DNA of 63,999 nt, counting the filler, from Porpidia crustulata (Eukaryota): NCBI GenBank assembly GCA_964255105.1. It is 10 parts of 10 records of this genome, joined end to end, with 100 filler letters (N's around TTAATTAATTAA, not from the genome) between each part and the next. Parts side by side here need not be neighbours in the genome. Positions count along the whole stretch, not along the records: positions 45,401 to 51,764 come from CAXUWE010001562.1; positions 51,865 to 58,226 come from CAXUWE010001563.1; positions 58,327 to 63,999 come from CAXUWE010001731.1; 7 more parts are not named here. One strand, 5' to 3'. Positions 49,453 through 63,999 of this stretch are shown one piece after another. The notes below the pieces were generated by a model. The model ran no database searches. It was not told the origin of the DNA and saw nothing but the letters and a program-made list of their open reading frames with translations. A program made the translations under genes and the position numbers. Each line of letters starts with the position of its first letter. Positions within the stretch are counted from its first letter, which is position 1.

Positions 49453-50655
49453 CTTTCTTGATAGATCTCTAAATTAGGTATTGGTATCTTTTTTATGTAC
49501 ACACTCTCTTGAAAGAAGTAATGGGGTATCATAGATTAGTAGTAGATGAGTCTATCATGGCGGTGGAATGTTGGATTACTCATTGGTTGTCAGCTTCCAA
49601 ACGGGAAAGACTAAGGCTGAGGATAGCAATTTGCAGGGATACGTCAGACTCTCGGTGAGCTACTCCATCGGGTAACAGCGAGCTAGTGTATATCGGGCTA
49701 GCAGCACGCTTGAGGCTGATGAACCATGTTTCGGATTTCGGATTCGGATAATTGAAATGTGCGAGGAGAAACTATTGAAATAGTTATTGATACAATATTT
49801 ATTTACGAGTATTAATTGTACCAAGAGAGTTACGTCTCGTGTTATTCAAGTTCGGATGCAGATCATCAAATGATGAATTGAATGTATTTCCTTACAAAGC
49901 GGATTACTATGTGACTCGTCGACTTGCATTGTGCTCAAGACAACTCAACTGTGACTTGCGGGAAAGCTATTTACTACACCGCCATCGCTGGCGTTCTCAG
50001 CATCCTTACTCACGACCCAGCCTTATATCACCTGTTTGGCTCAGCGACCGATTTCTCTCTGGTTTATTACTCTGGTTCGCAAGTCCATAAACGATGAAGT
50101 CACCGTATTGAATGACCAATGAGACCGAGACTTATTCATGGTCCGGCGTGTTCTCGTCACTATCAAACCCTCGGAATTTTCATTGCGGGCATGATGATGA
50201 CAGTGATCGTTTTGAGGACCGGCAGGATCCGGTAAATTTCCGAGATTCGTATTAGTTCTAATCGCTGATTGTATTTAAATTTGCTGGAAGGAAGAAATAT
50301 GCCGATGGATTTGTTTAAGAAAGCAAACCGGGTTGGAGAAAGGTTTCTTAAGTGAGATGAGGACCAAGGTTGAGAGGAAGAAAGTGCGGATGGCAAATGC
50401 AAGAGAGTATAAGAGGTATAATCCCGAGTATATATTTCTATAGGGACAGAGTGGACGCAACAAATATGGTCTCACAAGCAGAGCAGGCTTCTCAAGGGCA
50501 AAATTTTAATTCAAAAATGGCTGAGCCAACAACAGCATAATCTTTGACGACTTGGAAAGCTTCGATGCTATAGTCGCCAAGAATGTAATACTAACCATAA
50601 CATAGAAGTGATGTAAAAATCAAGAATATATAATGTTGAGGTCTCGTCTTCTAGT

Positions 50656-50694
50656 CTCATCTAATCTAATCTCATCTCATCTCATCTCATCTCA
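50656..50694. repeat. Pentanucleotide microsatellite (CTCAT/CTAAT)n
   Basis: About 8 units. Confidence 0.85.
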
Positions 50695-50968
50695 CCACCA
50701 TATCTGATCTAGTGGTTATCTTATCTCCCGACCTTGGCACCTTGACTGCTTTGAGACGGCTGAAATTAGACCATGTGCAATATGACACCATGATTTCATC
50801 AATAGAGCATTCCGCTCGTGAATCATTCTACTCCTTCCGCCGCTCTCCTTACCGAGCCGAGGTTGGACATGTCGAGATAAACAATTAGTTTATATACTAC
50901 TGGTACTCGATTTCTTTTCATCTGCAACGTACACTCCAATAATTCCTTCAGCTTTCTGTATACTGACG

Positions 50969-51764
50969 ATGAGCAAGCCTGGAGACTTCAATGCAGTCCG
51001 CAAGGATATAGTGGCATTGCTGCACCAGCCCGAGTACGACGATGGCAGCGCCGGTCCAGTGCTTGTACGTCTTGCATGGTAAGTTCTCCCGACTGTGGGC
51101 AAAGCCTTGAGAAGTATCTATACCATCCAATGTTTCTGCTTATTCCTACTCAACTAACATAGCTTAATCAACCTCCGTCTCACAATAGTCGCTGACTTTT
51201 CCCCTCTCCCAGGCACTCATCAGGTACCTACGATGAAGAAACCGACACCGGCGGCTCCAATGGCGCCGGCATGCGTTACGAAGCCGAAGGCGGCGATCCC
51301 GCAAACGCCGGCCTTCAACACGCCCGCGTCTTCCTCGAACCCTTGAAAGAAAAGCACAGCTGGATTACCTACGCCGATCTGTGGACCTTGGCTGGCGTCG
51401 TCGCCATAAAAGAGATGGGTGGGCCTGAGATTGAATGGAAGGGCGGACGGACGGATTACGTCGACGACTCGAAGCTACCGCCTAGGGGTAGGCTACCAGA
51501 TGGTGCGCAGGGGGCAGATCATCTACGGTTCGTCTTCTACCGGATGGGCTTCAACGACCAAGAGATCGTCGCGTTATCCGGAGCCCACAACCTTGGACGA
51601 TGCCACAGCGATCGATCGTACGATTCTCCCTACGTCCACCACAATCCCGCATCCCACAAAACTAACCGATACATCTCCCAGAGGCTTCGACGGCGCCTGG
51701 GTCCACAACCCCACCCACTTCACAAACACCTACTACAAACTCATGACCTCCCTCCCCTGGCAAC
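50969..51764 (+). CDS. CCP2: Class I heme peroxidase, cytochrome c peroxidase CcP2-type, 3'-truncated
   Basis: Exons 50969-51078, 51213-51617, 51682->51764; [45 protein letters not shown]; no mitochondrial presequence. Confidence 0.88.
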
Positions 51765-51864
51765 NNNNNNNNNNNNNNNNNNNNNNNNNNNNNNNNNNNN
51801 NNNNNNNNTTAATTAATTAANNNNNNNNNNNNNNNNNNNNNNNNNNNNNNNNNNNNNNNNNNNN
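51765..51864. other. Artificial contig linker
   Basis: 44 N + TTAATTAATTAA + 44 N. Confidence 0.99.
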
Positions 51865-52965
51865 ATCCCACACGCAATCACGACACCCGCTAAAAACGCC
51901 CTCCTTAGCTATCCACAACATCCGCTCAAAAAAACCAAGAAAAATGCAAGAAAAGTACTTCCCAGGACCTTGGATCCTTAATCTCTAGCGCCTCTACCAT
52001 TTCTTCAAATCCTCGAACTTTACCTAATCGGGTCATTTTATATACATCTCCCTACGAAAAAAAATACATGCCCGGCATCCGCATTGTTTGGTATCCGCTT
52101 TTATGATCTTTGACTCATGCATTGTAATCTGGTTTGTTCTTCGGAGGGGGACCATGGAATGGAGGTAGAAATTTTTATATATCCGTCCAATGTCCGCGCT
52201 GCTGGGAATTATCTGGTATTGAATATCATGTTGACTCATGGCTTGTAATCCGGTTTGTCCTTTAGGGGGGGATCCATGGACATTGGGATTCCTCGTCCCC
52301 TGGTCTGCCATGGTTGCTTGCGTTCGTTTCTTTCTTCTGCTAATGGGGAAATATGAAAGGCATACTATCCCTAATTCGTCGTGTATATAATTTTCCGTAA
52401 TACGAGACCCTTTGTTTTTGCTGGCAACAAGTACGAAATTTTAAATCCACAGCGCTAAGGGGGCTGCCTAATCCTTGAGAGCCGTCCGACGAGGGATACT
52501 GTCGTCCATGGTTTCTTTCTTCCATTGTGGATGTGCTGCAGCGAGCTAGAGAGATTGCTTTGCCCGTCCAGGGGGTTTTATGTTAAGGCGTGAGCGGAGG
52601 GGGTTTCTTGGGTTGGGCGGTTGAGTCAGTGCCGGCGGACTTGTCCGTTTTGGGGGTTTTTCGAGGATTGTGGATATGTGTTATATGGTGAAATAAGGGG
52701 GACTATCTTGGAGTATATAAGCATAGGAATGGGTGCCTCTGTTTCGAGATCTGTATCTTTGGTCAACTCCATACTCAATTAACTGTATCTTGCAAATTGT
52801 CTTCGACTTTCTTCTCGTGTCCAGTATATCTTGTATCAAGCACATCTTCTATCAAGCACATCTTCCATCAAGTTAACTCGTCATATCTTCCCATCTTCAC
52901 ATCTTCCACTCTACCATATATTCCATCAATCTAGTCAGCCAGATAAGTATACCTGCACACTAAAG

Positions 52966-54063
52966 ATGGCTTCTAATCAAGTACATATGGATCTCCCCAT
53001 TCCTGAAAAAACCGATGACTTCTGCATCGAGCTCTGCTCCGGCTTCCACTTTAGGTTGTTGAACAACATCATCCGTGACAAGCTTGGGTATCCCGGGTCT
53101 TTCGACCTGGTCAATTGGACCAACGGCCAACAGCTGTACGAGGCGATCAAGAAGGGGACCGACTCCATCGTCCGCCAGCACCTGATGTCCCAGGGGAGGA
53201 CCCTTTTACAGGATCTGAGGCCCTGGAAGGGCTTCTACAAGCATGTAATCATGATCACGGTCACTGAACCGCCATTTTGCAGCCCGGCCAATTGGCAATA
53301 TATCGAAATGGTGAATAGGGATGGAAGCCCTCTCCAGACGGCGCGGGCCCCCCTAGGTCAAGTCGTCAAGGGTGTCACGGTCTATGACGCCGGCGCGCTG
53401 GCGGTGGCCATAGGTGTCAGTCCGGCCAAACAGGTGATGAACCCCCGGGCCCCTGCTTTCGTCCCGTTGGTTGCTGCCAGTCCCGCCGTTTTCAGTTCGC
53501 AGAGTGGAAACGACGTGCCGGCCGTTGTTCTCTCCGCGGCCGCCGTTTCCAAAGCGCCAAAAGGAAACAAGGACAGAGCTATTGCTGCCCCCATCCAGCT
53601 GCCGGCTTCTGTACCGGCGGTTTCGAGTTCGCCAGCTGGAAACAACGTCGCTGACCCTGGCCCTGCCACAGCTACCGAACCGGCTGTATCAATGCAGCCA
53701 ATTGGAAATGTCAACGGCCTTCGACAGGGCGGCCCTGGCAACACCACTGAAGCACCGGAAGCACCGATAGCGCCCGTGGTGGATCTTTATTGCGACCAGA
53801 TGGGAGTGTGGCCACGCCAGCGTTTCCCCGGCTTCGTCACCAGCGCAAGGAGCCCTCGGATGGAGCGATACCGAGAGCGAACCCATGCCGTCAAGGCCGC
53901 TTTTCCAGACACAAAAGTCGAACCCTCGGCCGTGAATGTCGCTGCCGACAAAGTGTTTGGCGCCAAGTATTCCAGCCGCCCAAATGTAGATGAGCTTATG
54001 CAGTACGACCCGTTTCTCTACCCGTCCATGGAGAGGCCGCCCTGGGGTAATGCCTTTTGCTGA
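52966..54063 (+). CDS. Orphan intronless ~365-aa protein with PAM2-like motif
   Basis: ATG 52966, TATATAA ~250 nt upstream; KQVMNPRAPAFVP at ~53428-53466; A/P-rich repeats. Confidence 0.7.
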   Translation: MASNQVHMDLPIPEKTDDFCIELCSGFHFRLLNNIIRDKLGYPGSFDLVNWTNGQQLYEAIKKGTDSIVRQHLMSQGRTLLQDLRPWKGFYKHVIMITVTEPPFCSPANWQYIEMVNRDGSPLQTARAPLGQVVKGVTVYDAGALAVAIGVSPAKQVMNPRAPAFVPLVAASPAVFSSQSGNDVPAVVLSAAAVSKAPKGNKDRAIAAPIQLPASVPAVSSSPAGNNVADPGPATATEPAVSMQPIGNVNGLRQGGPGNTTEAPEAPIAPVVDLYCDQMGVWPRQRFPGFVTSARSPRMERYRERTHAVKAAFPDTKVEPSAVNVAADKVFGAKYSSRPNVDELMQYDPFLYPSMERPPWGNAFC

Positions 54064-55030
54064 CAATATATGGGCGCGCGAGGACGCTATTACGGCACAA
54101 CGACGGAGATACATAGGTCGGACGAGTGGTCGCGGAAGAGGCCGGAGTCATGAAAGGAGCTCGTGGAAAGCGAGACAGATGGTTGGCGTGGGGTGTTCCG
54201 GTATTGTTTCCTATGCCATATGTCGACATGGATAGAGGAGCATTTGGGGTAGAAGGTTTCGCCGTCCAATTTTTTGTGGCCTCTTTGCCGTTCTTTTTTT
54301 TGAAGGATTATGATTTTGCGAGCATTGTTTTTCTTTTTTCTTTTTTCTTCTTTCGTCAACGGCTACCTGTGTAGCTCCACTCCGCAAAGAGTTCGAAAGC
54401 GATACTATCGCTTTGAGCAAGGTCACAGAATTAGAGATTTACTCAGTGAAGGAATAATTTGACAGAGCAGCGTGAAAGTAAGTTGAATATTCCATCAAAA
54501 TTGAGCGGTGAATGTACCAGATCATGTTAGGATCGGTACCGAAAACTATTTTGACTGGCTGATAGCAGCACATCCTGAATCCTATGTTCGTAAGCACTAC
54601 TAGGAATAGGGCAAGTAGAAACTGGTTGACGTTACTACTAACCTAGCTTTGGGGGGGCACAATCCTTACTTCGTCAGCTCGAGATACCCCCTGGTCGTTG
54701 GTGTTTATAGGCTTAAGTGTACTACCGCACGAGCAGCATAGAGTTACGTCAAATACAGGAAGCCGTCCGTCTGTGGCTTATTCCCTCTCAGCTTTCAATC
54801 CCAGAAGCTGGCAGACCCCTTGCCGTGTTTTGGGTTTGGTACTTGAAGACTGTCACTATATCATACGATATTAATTGAAATATAGTCGATGTCTGACTAA
54901 CGTTCACATTGTTCACAAGAATTGAAGTGAAGCAAGTGTAGCACATCGTGGGCGTTTCTAATGTTTCTGTCTTGCTCCGCTTGGCGCTTGGTGTATTGCT
55001 GAGCATTAAATAGTGACTGCAGGACCCATA

Positions 55031-55990
55031 CTATGACGGAGTGTGTTTTATCAGTTTATCAATTACTCTGCCATCCTCGAGAAGCCAGGCCGCATTCCTG
55101 TTCAGCTTCCAAACACCGTTTCGACCCTTGAATTTAAGATAGATAAAGCCTTCGGAGAACACTAGATTCTTGAACCCTCTAGCTCCTTTCCATATCAAGT
55201 AATTAGCCTGCCTGAACGGTCTTGTCATGATCCTGTTTTTATCGAGTTCGCGCATCTGGTTCAGACGTCGACGTGTCTCAGCTAATTCAGCCTCGGATCG
55301 CTTGGCCTCGTGAGCATAGAGACGGTCTGAAGATTCCACATCTCCAGGGGCCACTACAAGCGATACTGGACCTTTGCCAGGTACGAGAGATGTGTATTCA
55401 AGATGCAAGTTCACAGCACGAGGCCCGGAGCCTTTGGAGAAAGGTACAGCAGTGATGGTCCGGATGACCCGCCAAGGCTGTTAAGATAGTAAGCAAACAA
55501 ACATATGCTCAAGACATGAATAACTCACTTTCAAGAAAGACCAGCCCGCTGCTATAGTCATTCCTGCGCAAGCAGCGGCCATAATGTATGGTACGAATAT
55601 TGGCGTACCCTCCACAGGGTGAAGATAGTTGTAGTTAAAATTGATAATTGCCCACGCCAGGGAGAAACCGCTGATCAAGTACGACCCAGTCCTTCGAAAA
55701 GCTTGAGACGGACCTTCGTATAGAAGAGTTGGAGATGCTCGGTTTGTTAGTTTTTCAACGTATGCATTGGTAAGAGATTTATAAGGTTGCACTAATTGCG
55801 TAGGTGATTTTGGGGGATAGTGCAGAGACCTGGGTTTCTTTGTGGCCCATTGGGGACTTGAAGTAGTAAATGTACGCCGCATATGATATTCGGCCTGCTG
55901 AACCGACTTCGACAATTTGCGTAAACATGTTCGTCCAGGGGTTTGTCCCTGCAGAATCGGAGGCTGCAGCCATATAAGATTTCGCATCAT
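55031..55990 (-). CDS. Probable mitochondrial 2-TM membrane protein (TMEM70/186/223-like architecture)
   Basis: Exons 55990-55529 and 55477-55031; basic presequence-like N-terminus, LLYEGP before two TM helices, PWRVIRTITAVP. Confidence 0.7.
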
Positions 55991-56252
55991 CGTCGGGGCA
56001 AGTTCTCCCTCAGAGTTCAGGACGTTTAAGTGCTCAGAGTCCGAGAAGGTGCGATAGGAGAAGGGCAAAACAAGTTCGAAGAGTTCGGAGGCTCAAAATT
56101 GGTGGACAGGGATCAGTCCGCGATTTGCAGGGGTGCGGCCCGCCGGATTCGTCAAGCTCGGATACTGAAATCCCAAGAGCTTCAAGTAACCGATTCCTAC
56201 CATGAGAATCAAGCAACGGAATCGTTGATCATCCTACCCGTTTAAAAGAACT

Positions 56253-57795
56253 ATGGCTCTCTCTCTACATATATTGAGAGGTGCTCAGAGGCTCTCGAGC
56301 CGATCTGTTGTACGCAATGGTCCTTTCCGAGGTCAGTGCTGTCCCCAAGCTCCCACTTTAGAGCTTACTGACAAGGGCTCGCTAATCACCCACTAGAATT
56401 TCGGAGCGCTTCGAAAGCTCTTGCTGCGCAGAACTTTACAATGCCCGCCATGTCGCCAACAATGACGGAGGGAAATATTGCAAGTTGGAAGGTCAAAGAA
56501 GGTAGGGGATGTCTGTCACACAAGGCGAGATCCCACATCCTGGAGCTCTGGATAACCTTCTTCAAGGAGATTCCTTTTCTACCGGTGATGTTCTACTTGA
56601 GATCGAAACCGATAAAGCACAAATGGACGTTGAGGCACAAGAAGACGGGAAAATGGCAAAAATAATAGTAAGTTATATCCGATGAGCCTTCACCAAGGAC
56701 CTTCTAAGGAATCTTTGGAAATAGCAACACGACGGCGCAAAAAGTGTCAAAATCGGTACTCGAATAGCTGTTCTTGCAGAGATCGATGACGACCTAAGCA
56801 CTCTATCCTTTCCAGCTGAGTCCGCCTCTGCTCCGTCACCCCAGGAAGAACTCAAGTCAGGCATGAATGGATCGAAGTTTTCAGAGCAGCAAGCCAAAGC
56901 ACCTCCGCCATCTAAATCGGAAGACAAAAGTGCCTCAACAGCTTCGAAACAGGCGTTACCATCCACTTCTTCCAGCAAGCCTATAAACCAGACTTATCCC
57001 CTCTACCCCTCTGTTGCCCAATTACTTCACGAAAAAGGCATCCCGTCCTCCGAGGCCAACAGAATCCCTGCAAGTGGACCTAAAGGCCGTCTTCTTAAAG
57101 GCGATGTTCTTGCGTATCTTGGCAGCATTTCTTCCTCCTATCCCTCCGAGCAGTCCACGCGAATAATAAATCTCGGCTACCTTGACCTCAGCAAAATCGT
57201 ACTTGCCTCTCCCAAATCCCCGCCTCCACCTCAATCCAGTGCCTCATCTTCGAGAGCAGCCGCGGCGCCTGTAGCAGAACCTGACACAGAAATCGCGGTC
57301 TCGATATCCCTCAAGAAAGTCCTCGATGTTCAAAATCGCATTCAAACAACCCTTGGGATCACGCTGCCCCTATCTACATTCATCGCTCGCGCTACTGAAC
57401 TTGCAAATGACGAATTGCCCCGTTCAGCAGCCACGGAACCAACGGCGAACGAGCTCTTTGATCAAGTACTTGGTCTTGACAAAACAAATGTCATGAGCTC
57501 ACGCGGTAGCTTCACACCTCAAATCATAGCACTACCTTCAAAACCTACGACCAATTCCATGCCCCGGAGAGTGAAGGAAATGGATATTATCGATATTCTT
57601 GCAGGTCGACGGGCGACGGCACCATCGCGACCGGTGAAAGTGCCGCCATCAGGGGTTATTGCAGAATCCGGCCCAGGGGAATCAACGAATGTATTTAGCG
57701 TTAGTGTTACAAAAGGCGAGGAGCAACGGGCAAGAGTCTTCCTAGAGAGAGTGAAGACCATACTGCAGGTTCAGCCAGGGAGCCTAGTTTTATGA
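56253..57795 (+). CDS. PDX1: Pyruvate dehydrogenase protein X (E3-binding protein)
   Basis: Four exons; [13 protein letters not shown], lipoyl [10 protein letters not shown]3-binding [14 protein letters not shown], fungal-type C-terminus. Confidence 0.9.
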
Positions 57796-58038
57796 AGTAG
57801 ATTTAAAAGAAAGTAATTATATTATTCTTTACTCACTATTTTTGTTACACTGTGAACGCTTCAACCTTCTGCACAGCTATCTAGAGCACTCAACTCCTTT
57901 CGGTTAGATATCTTATCAGCATCCCACTGAGCCTAAAGACCGGATTAGATATATATCCCTCGCCTTTACTCCCGATCGACTTTACTTTCGCATCCCATTA
58001 TTCGATATCGCGACGCCTCGGAAAGCGTCCTAGACACA

Positions 58039-58226
58039 ATGGTCGAAGGCCCCAAATACCTCACGGGTGACAAAGCAGGCATAAAAGAATTCATAGACAA
58101 GTTTGACGTGCGTCTCCCCGCCTCGCGCCGTTCCTCCCCCCCCAGCACCATCGCCATTCTCGACGTTCCCGCAAACTAACTCGAACAATCCAGGTTTTCC
58201 TTTTCGATTGCGATGGTATGTAACCC
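58039..58226 (+). CDS. PHO13: HAD-IIA 4-nitrophenylphosphatase, 5' fragment
   Basis: Exons 58039-58107 and 58194-58215; MVEGPKYLTGDKAGIKEFIDKFD|VFLFDCDG. Confidence 0.8.
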
Positions 58227-58326
58227 NNNNNNNNNNNNNNNNNNNNNNNNNNNNNNNNNNNNNNNNNNNNTTAATTAATTAANNNNNNNNNNNNNNNNNN
58301 NNNNNNNNNNNNNNNNNNNNNNNNNN
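58227..58326. other. Artificial contig linker
   Basis: 44 N + TTAATTAATTAA + 44 N. Confidence 0.99.
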
Positions 58327-58365
58327 CTGTTTGGGGGTGCGGACCGTTTGGGGGTGGGAACGAGT
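58327..58365. mobile_element. Transposon TIR related to the 6219-6315 MITE, at contig edge
   Basis: GTGCGGACCGTTTGGGGTGGGAACGAG|TA versus reverse-complemented MITE left arm GTGCGGACCGTTGGGGGGTTGAAACGAG|TA. Confidence 0.65.
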
Positions 58366-58688
58366 AACTCCGATGACTTTCAAGGACTGTGGGACGGCCC
58401 GCGCTCCACCGCTAATACTCTTAGGACATAGCGTACCCTCATTGCCCACGATCTCCAGCTCCCCCCAAGCTTCTGATCCATACTTACACTTCAACCATAT
58501 GCAACTGTATGAGCATTCCAAGAATTGAACCTCTTTGCCCTCAGGACTGAAACTCTTTTAATCTCTGCACCATGATACACTGCTAGCAACCGTCCCATCC
58601 CTTCGAACTCAGGTGAGTCTCACTAAGTACGCACGTTCATTCTTGACTGGCGAGCAAGCACGAAGCTCAAATTTGGGTAGTCACCAAG

Positions 58689-60947
<2,259 letters not shown>

Positions 60948-62458
60948 ACGATGCTTAGAAAAATGTTGCATGAGAAATTTCGCTATCTGGACGACAGTAA
61001 GCATCGAACCTAGGCTTTATGTCTATAATAAAAACCTCCTCAACACAACATATAGCTAACATCAAAGTACATCCTTGAGCGGAAGCCAGAAAGGATTCTG
61101 ACGAATTCGAGATGACATTGAACAGCATGTATCAATAATGATACTACTAGTACACTGACTCCACTCGAACAGAGTCGTTGCATATATTTGAAGGAGTTGA
61201 ATGCTGAAAGGAGGAAGTCGAGGCTGTGCTGCGTCTTTTGGAAGACTGTAAAAACCTATTCGAGGGTTGGCCCTTTGCTAACAGATATGTACATCTAGGG
61301 CAAGATTCTGAGAACTTGACGTCGAAAGGAATGTGCTGGGCTGCTTTGCTCACGGTCATTTGGCTTCCGATACTTATGTACATAAAACAATTGACACTAG
61401 TTTCTGAAGCCTACGGGCTTCCGCAGTCGTTCTGTCCAATTAGATGAGGGTCTAGTACAGATTGCTTCACGATGATATTTTTTCTGATTGAACCTCTTCA
61501 GCTATTTTAGGTGCTATAGAGCGGGGGGCGATTGCGATCATATCATAAGAGAACATGGCAAAGCTACAAGCTGAGCCTCGCTTGCAGGTGATTGGCTGAT
61601 GCTGACGCAGCTGCCCGCGCGGTAAGATTCGGCGGCTATGATGAAAACGTCAATAGAGTCAAGCGAATTCCATTCTACGGGGTTATTCATAATCAAACCC
61701 GACACAAATCGCGTTCGAGATACAGGCGAGGCAAAGCGTGGCACATGCTGCTCCTCGGATGGGTCCACTTGCTTATCGTCTTCGTTTCAAATCCTGAGTT
61801 GGTTGCCCTCGGTCGTCGCTGCCTTGTTCCCTCGGATGAGGCTGAGCATGCGGGTAGCCGCCATCTTCCTTGACCCTAAGGAGAATTCGGAGCAACATCA
61901 TGCATTCGTTGGACAACCAATCAATACAGAGGATGGTTGTGTATCCTGAGGAGTATTGATCCTGCTCTTGCGCATGAATGTTCTAAAAATACCCGTAAGG
62001 CTCAAGCCTTGGTAGCATGAATCTTCGGAGTGATGTGAATAATGTATTCGCATGAGGCTCTGGAAGCTGTGGTCACCCGATGCCAGCGCTGACCCAAATG
62101 TCACTGTTGCCCAGCTTTGAAGTTCTATATTTCTATTAATTCCGGCTATGTAAGGCATGGCCCCAGTGGAGATACCTCGGAACGGATTTCTAGTCTTGTT
62201 GCACAGGCATCTCATGAGCTTTGACTATCAAGTGACTATCCTTTTCGGACTAAATTTCTAGGCTATTTCCCTTTATCGTTTCCGTATATAGCAGGCGTCA
62301 GTCATCTCTACGTACACGCTGCCGACCCAGATTTAATAGACTCTAACATCCTACTCTTTATTATTTTACCAAGTCCACTTTCGCTGATCGAAATTCTTCA
62401 CTATACCTATTCACCTATACGCTTCCGAATTATCGTTATTTCTAAACAATACTGAATA

Positions 62459-63999
62459 ATGGAGATCAAGCCGAGCGAAGCAGAGGCAAGCCAGTCACCC
62501 GGGCCTCAACGCCCAGCAAAGCGATTGATTGTAGGCTGCGATGGTAAGAAGCGCCTTCCTTGAGACACTTACTCTCAAGTCAAACATTTTGACACTTATT
62601 TAGGAACTTGGATGGTATGCTAGAAATCCTTTATTGGATCCACTAGAGATTTTTTGCGCAACCATAAGACTAATCAACACTTATCAGAACAGCGATAATG
62701 GATTCAAACGAAGCAGCTATCTTCCATGGGACACCAATGGACACCTGCAAACTCCTTCCAACGTGACACGCATTTGTCGAGCCCTACAAAACGAAAGCGA
62801 TGATGGCGTCAGCCAAATCATATACTACCAAGCGGGTATCGGTACTGAGGCCGGCCTTCTCGACCATTTATATGGTGGTGGTACAGGAGCAGGTTTATCG
62901 GAGAATATCAGAGAAGCCTATGCTTTCCTCGTCAATAATCACAGACCAGGCGATGAAATATTCCTCATCGGGTTTTCAAGAGGCGCTTTCACTGCACGAA
63001 GTATTGGCGGTCTGATCAATTGTATTGGACTCCTCACAACCGAGGGCATGTCCAATTTCTACCATATCTTCAAGGAGTGGGAACATCAAGATGACCGTGG
63101 CTATCGTTCGAAGTGGGATGATCGTCCGCCTGGGCTTCCCGACAGAATGCAGATCGCCACACCTACCTATTCCCGGGAACTTGAAAGAGTACGAAGTCTT
63201 ACCTCAATTTTTATACCACCAGCTTATAGTAATAGCTCGGGCTCTCGAGGCTGAACATTCCCATCAAAGCCATAGCTGTGTTTGATACAGTTGGTAGGCT
63301 TCTTAACGCTTTCTTGTGATACAGGATGCTGATCATTTCTTCAGGTTCTTTGGGAATACCAGATATTGGAATCCTTCAACATTACCCCAAAGAATACTCT
63401 TTCATAAATACAGCGGTAGCGCCAAACGTCGAGAATGCCTTTCAAGCACTCGCACTCGACGAACATCGAAAGCCTTTCTCGCCTACGATATGGGAGAAAC
63501 CTGCCGGTCAAATCAACCCCAAGAATTTCAAACAATGCTGGTTCCCCGGTGTCCACAGCAATGTAAATGGCCATCCCCTTGCTCCCCTACCTACAAAGAG
63601 AGTCCAACTGATATCCCCATTCTAAAACAGATTGGCGGCTCCTACGACGACACAAATATGGCGGACATCACCCTCGCCTGGATGATGTCCCAACTCACCC
63701 CCTTTCTCTCCTTTTCCCCCTCCTACATCCTCTGGCAACACGCCCTCAATATCCAATACTACAAATCAAACAACTCTCCCATCCGCCCCTGGGGCCTCGG
63801 CAAAATCTACAACAGCATGAGAGGCATCGAATACCTCGCCGGCAGCAAAACCCGCACCCCCTGCCACTACCGCGCGTCGGACCCGCAAACCGGCCGTCCG
63901 ACGTCGCGCGAACTGGTCGATACACAAGAGTACGTGCACGCGAGTGTTCGGATGCGCATGGGCGTGCACGACCGTGGCACGGAGGATAAAGGCGTCTAC
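62459..63999 (+). CDS. DUF2235 (Tle1 phospholipase-like alpha/beta hydrolase) protein, runs off window end
   Basis: Exons 62459-62543, 62604-62614, 62688-63188, 63236-63293, 63345-63562, 63631->; RLIVGCD|GTW, PSNVTR, YYQAGIGT, GFSRGAFTARS, FDTVGSLG, QALALDEHR, WFPGVHSN|IGG. Confidence 0.92.

Noticed and set aside
50191..50268. Possible C/D snoRNA (ATGATGA...CTGA) with a 12-nt 18S-complementary stretch
   Set aside because: No terminal stem, and the guide includes a G-U pair and is not adjacent to box D.
61147..62215. Short ORFs between PAP1 and the DUF2235 gene
   Set aside because: No consistent splice model or recognisable motif.

Overview
This is intron-containing DNA from a filamentous ascomycete (Pezizomycotina-type genes, short GT-AG introns with CTRAY branch points). 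It is not one locus. Ten unrelated ~6.4-kb contigs are joined by nine artificial 100-nt linkers (44 N + TTAATTAATTAA + 44 N) in descending length order, so neighbourhoods across linkers mean nothing. Recognisable genes: MeaA/Mep ammonium transporter with a GATAAG-rich promoter, Pmp3/RCI peptide, CTK1 kinase, a secreted LysM protein, a 2OG-Fe(II) oxygenase, AIP1, a DENN protein, an LMBR1-family transporter, CFT1, an SDR, a CRAL-TRIO protein, a CcP2-type peroxidase, PDX1, PHO13, PAP1 and a DUF2235 hydrolase. Best leads: (1) contig 1 is an accessory island with a 3-exon PD-(D/E)XK-like nuclease gene whose E-x-K motif is split by an intron, a divergent orphan partner, a possible paralogue, a RIP-like inactivated F-box gene and a MITE; (2) a long, stop-free CFT1 intron with poly(A)-signal-like motifs, suggesting intronic-polyadenylation autoregulation; (3) a family of TA-flanked pogo/Fot1-like TIRs on three contigs; (4) an orphan PAM2-motif protein; (5) short-range C-rich/G-rich strand-skew flips. 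All gene models were spliced and translated by hand, and no database searches were run.
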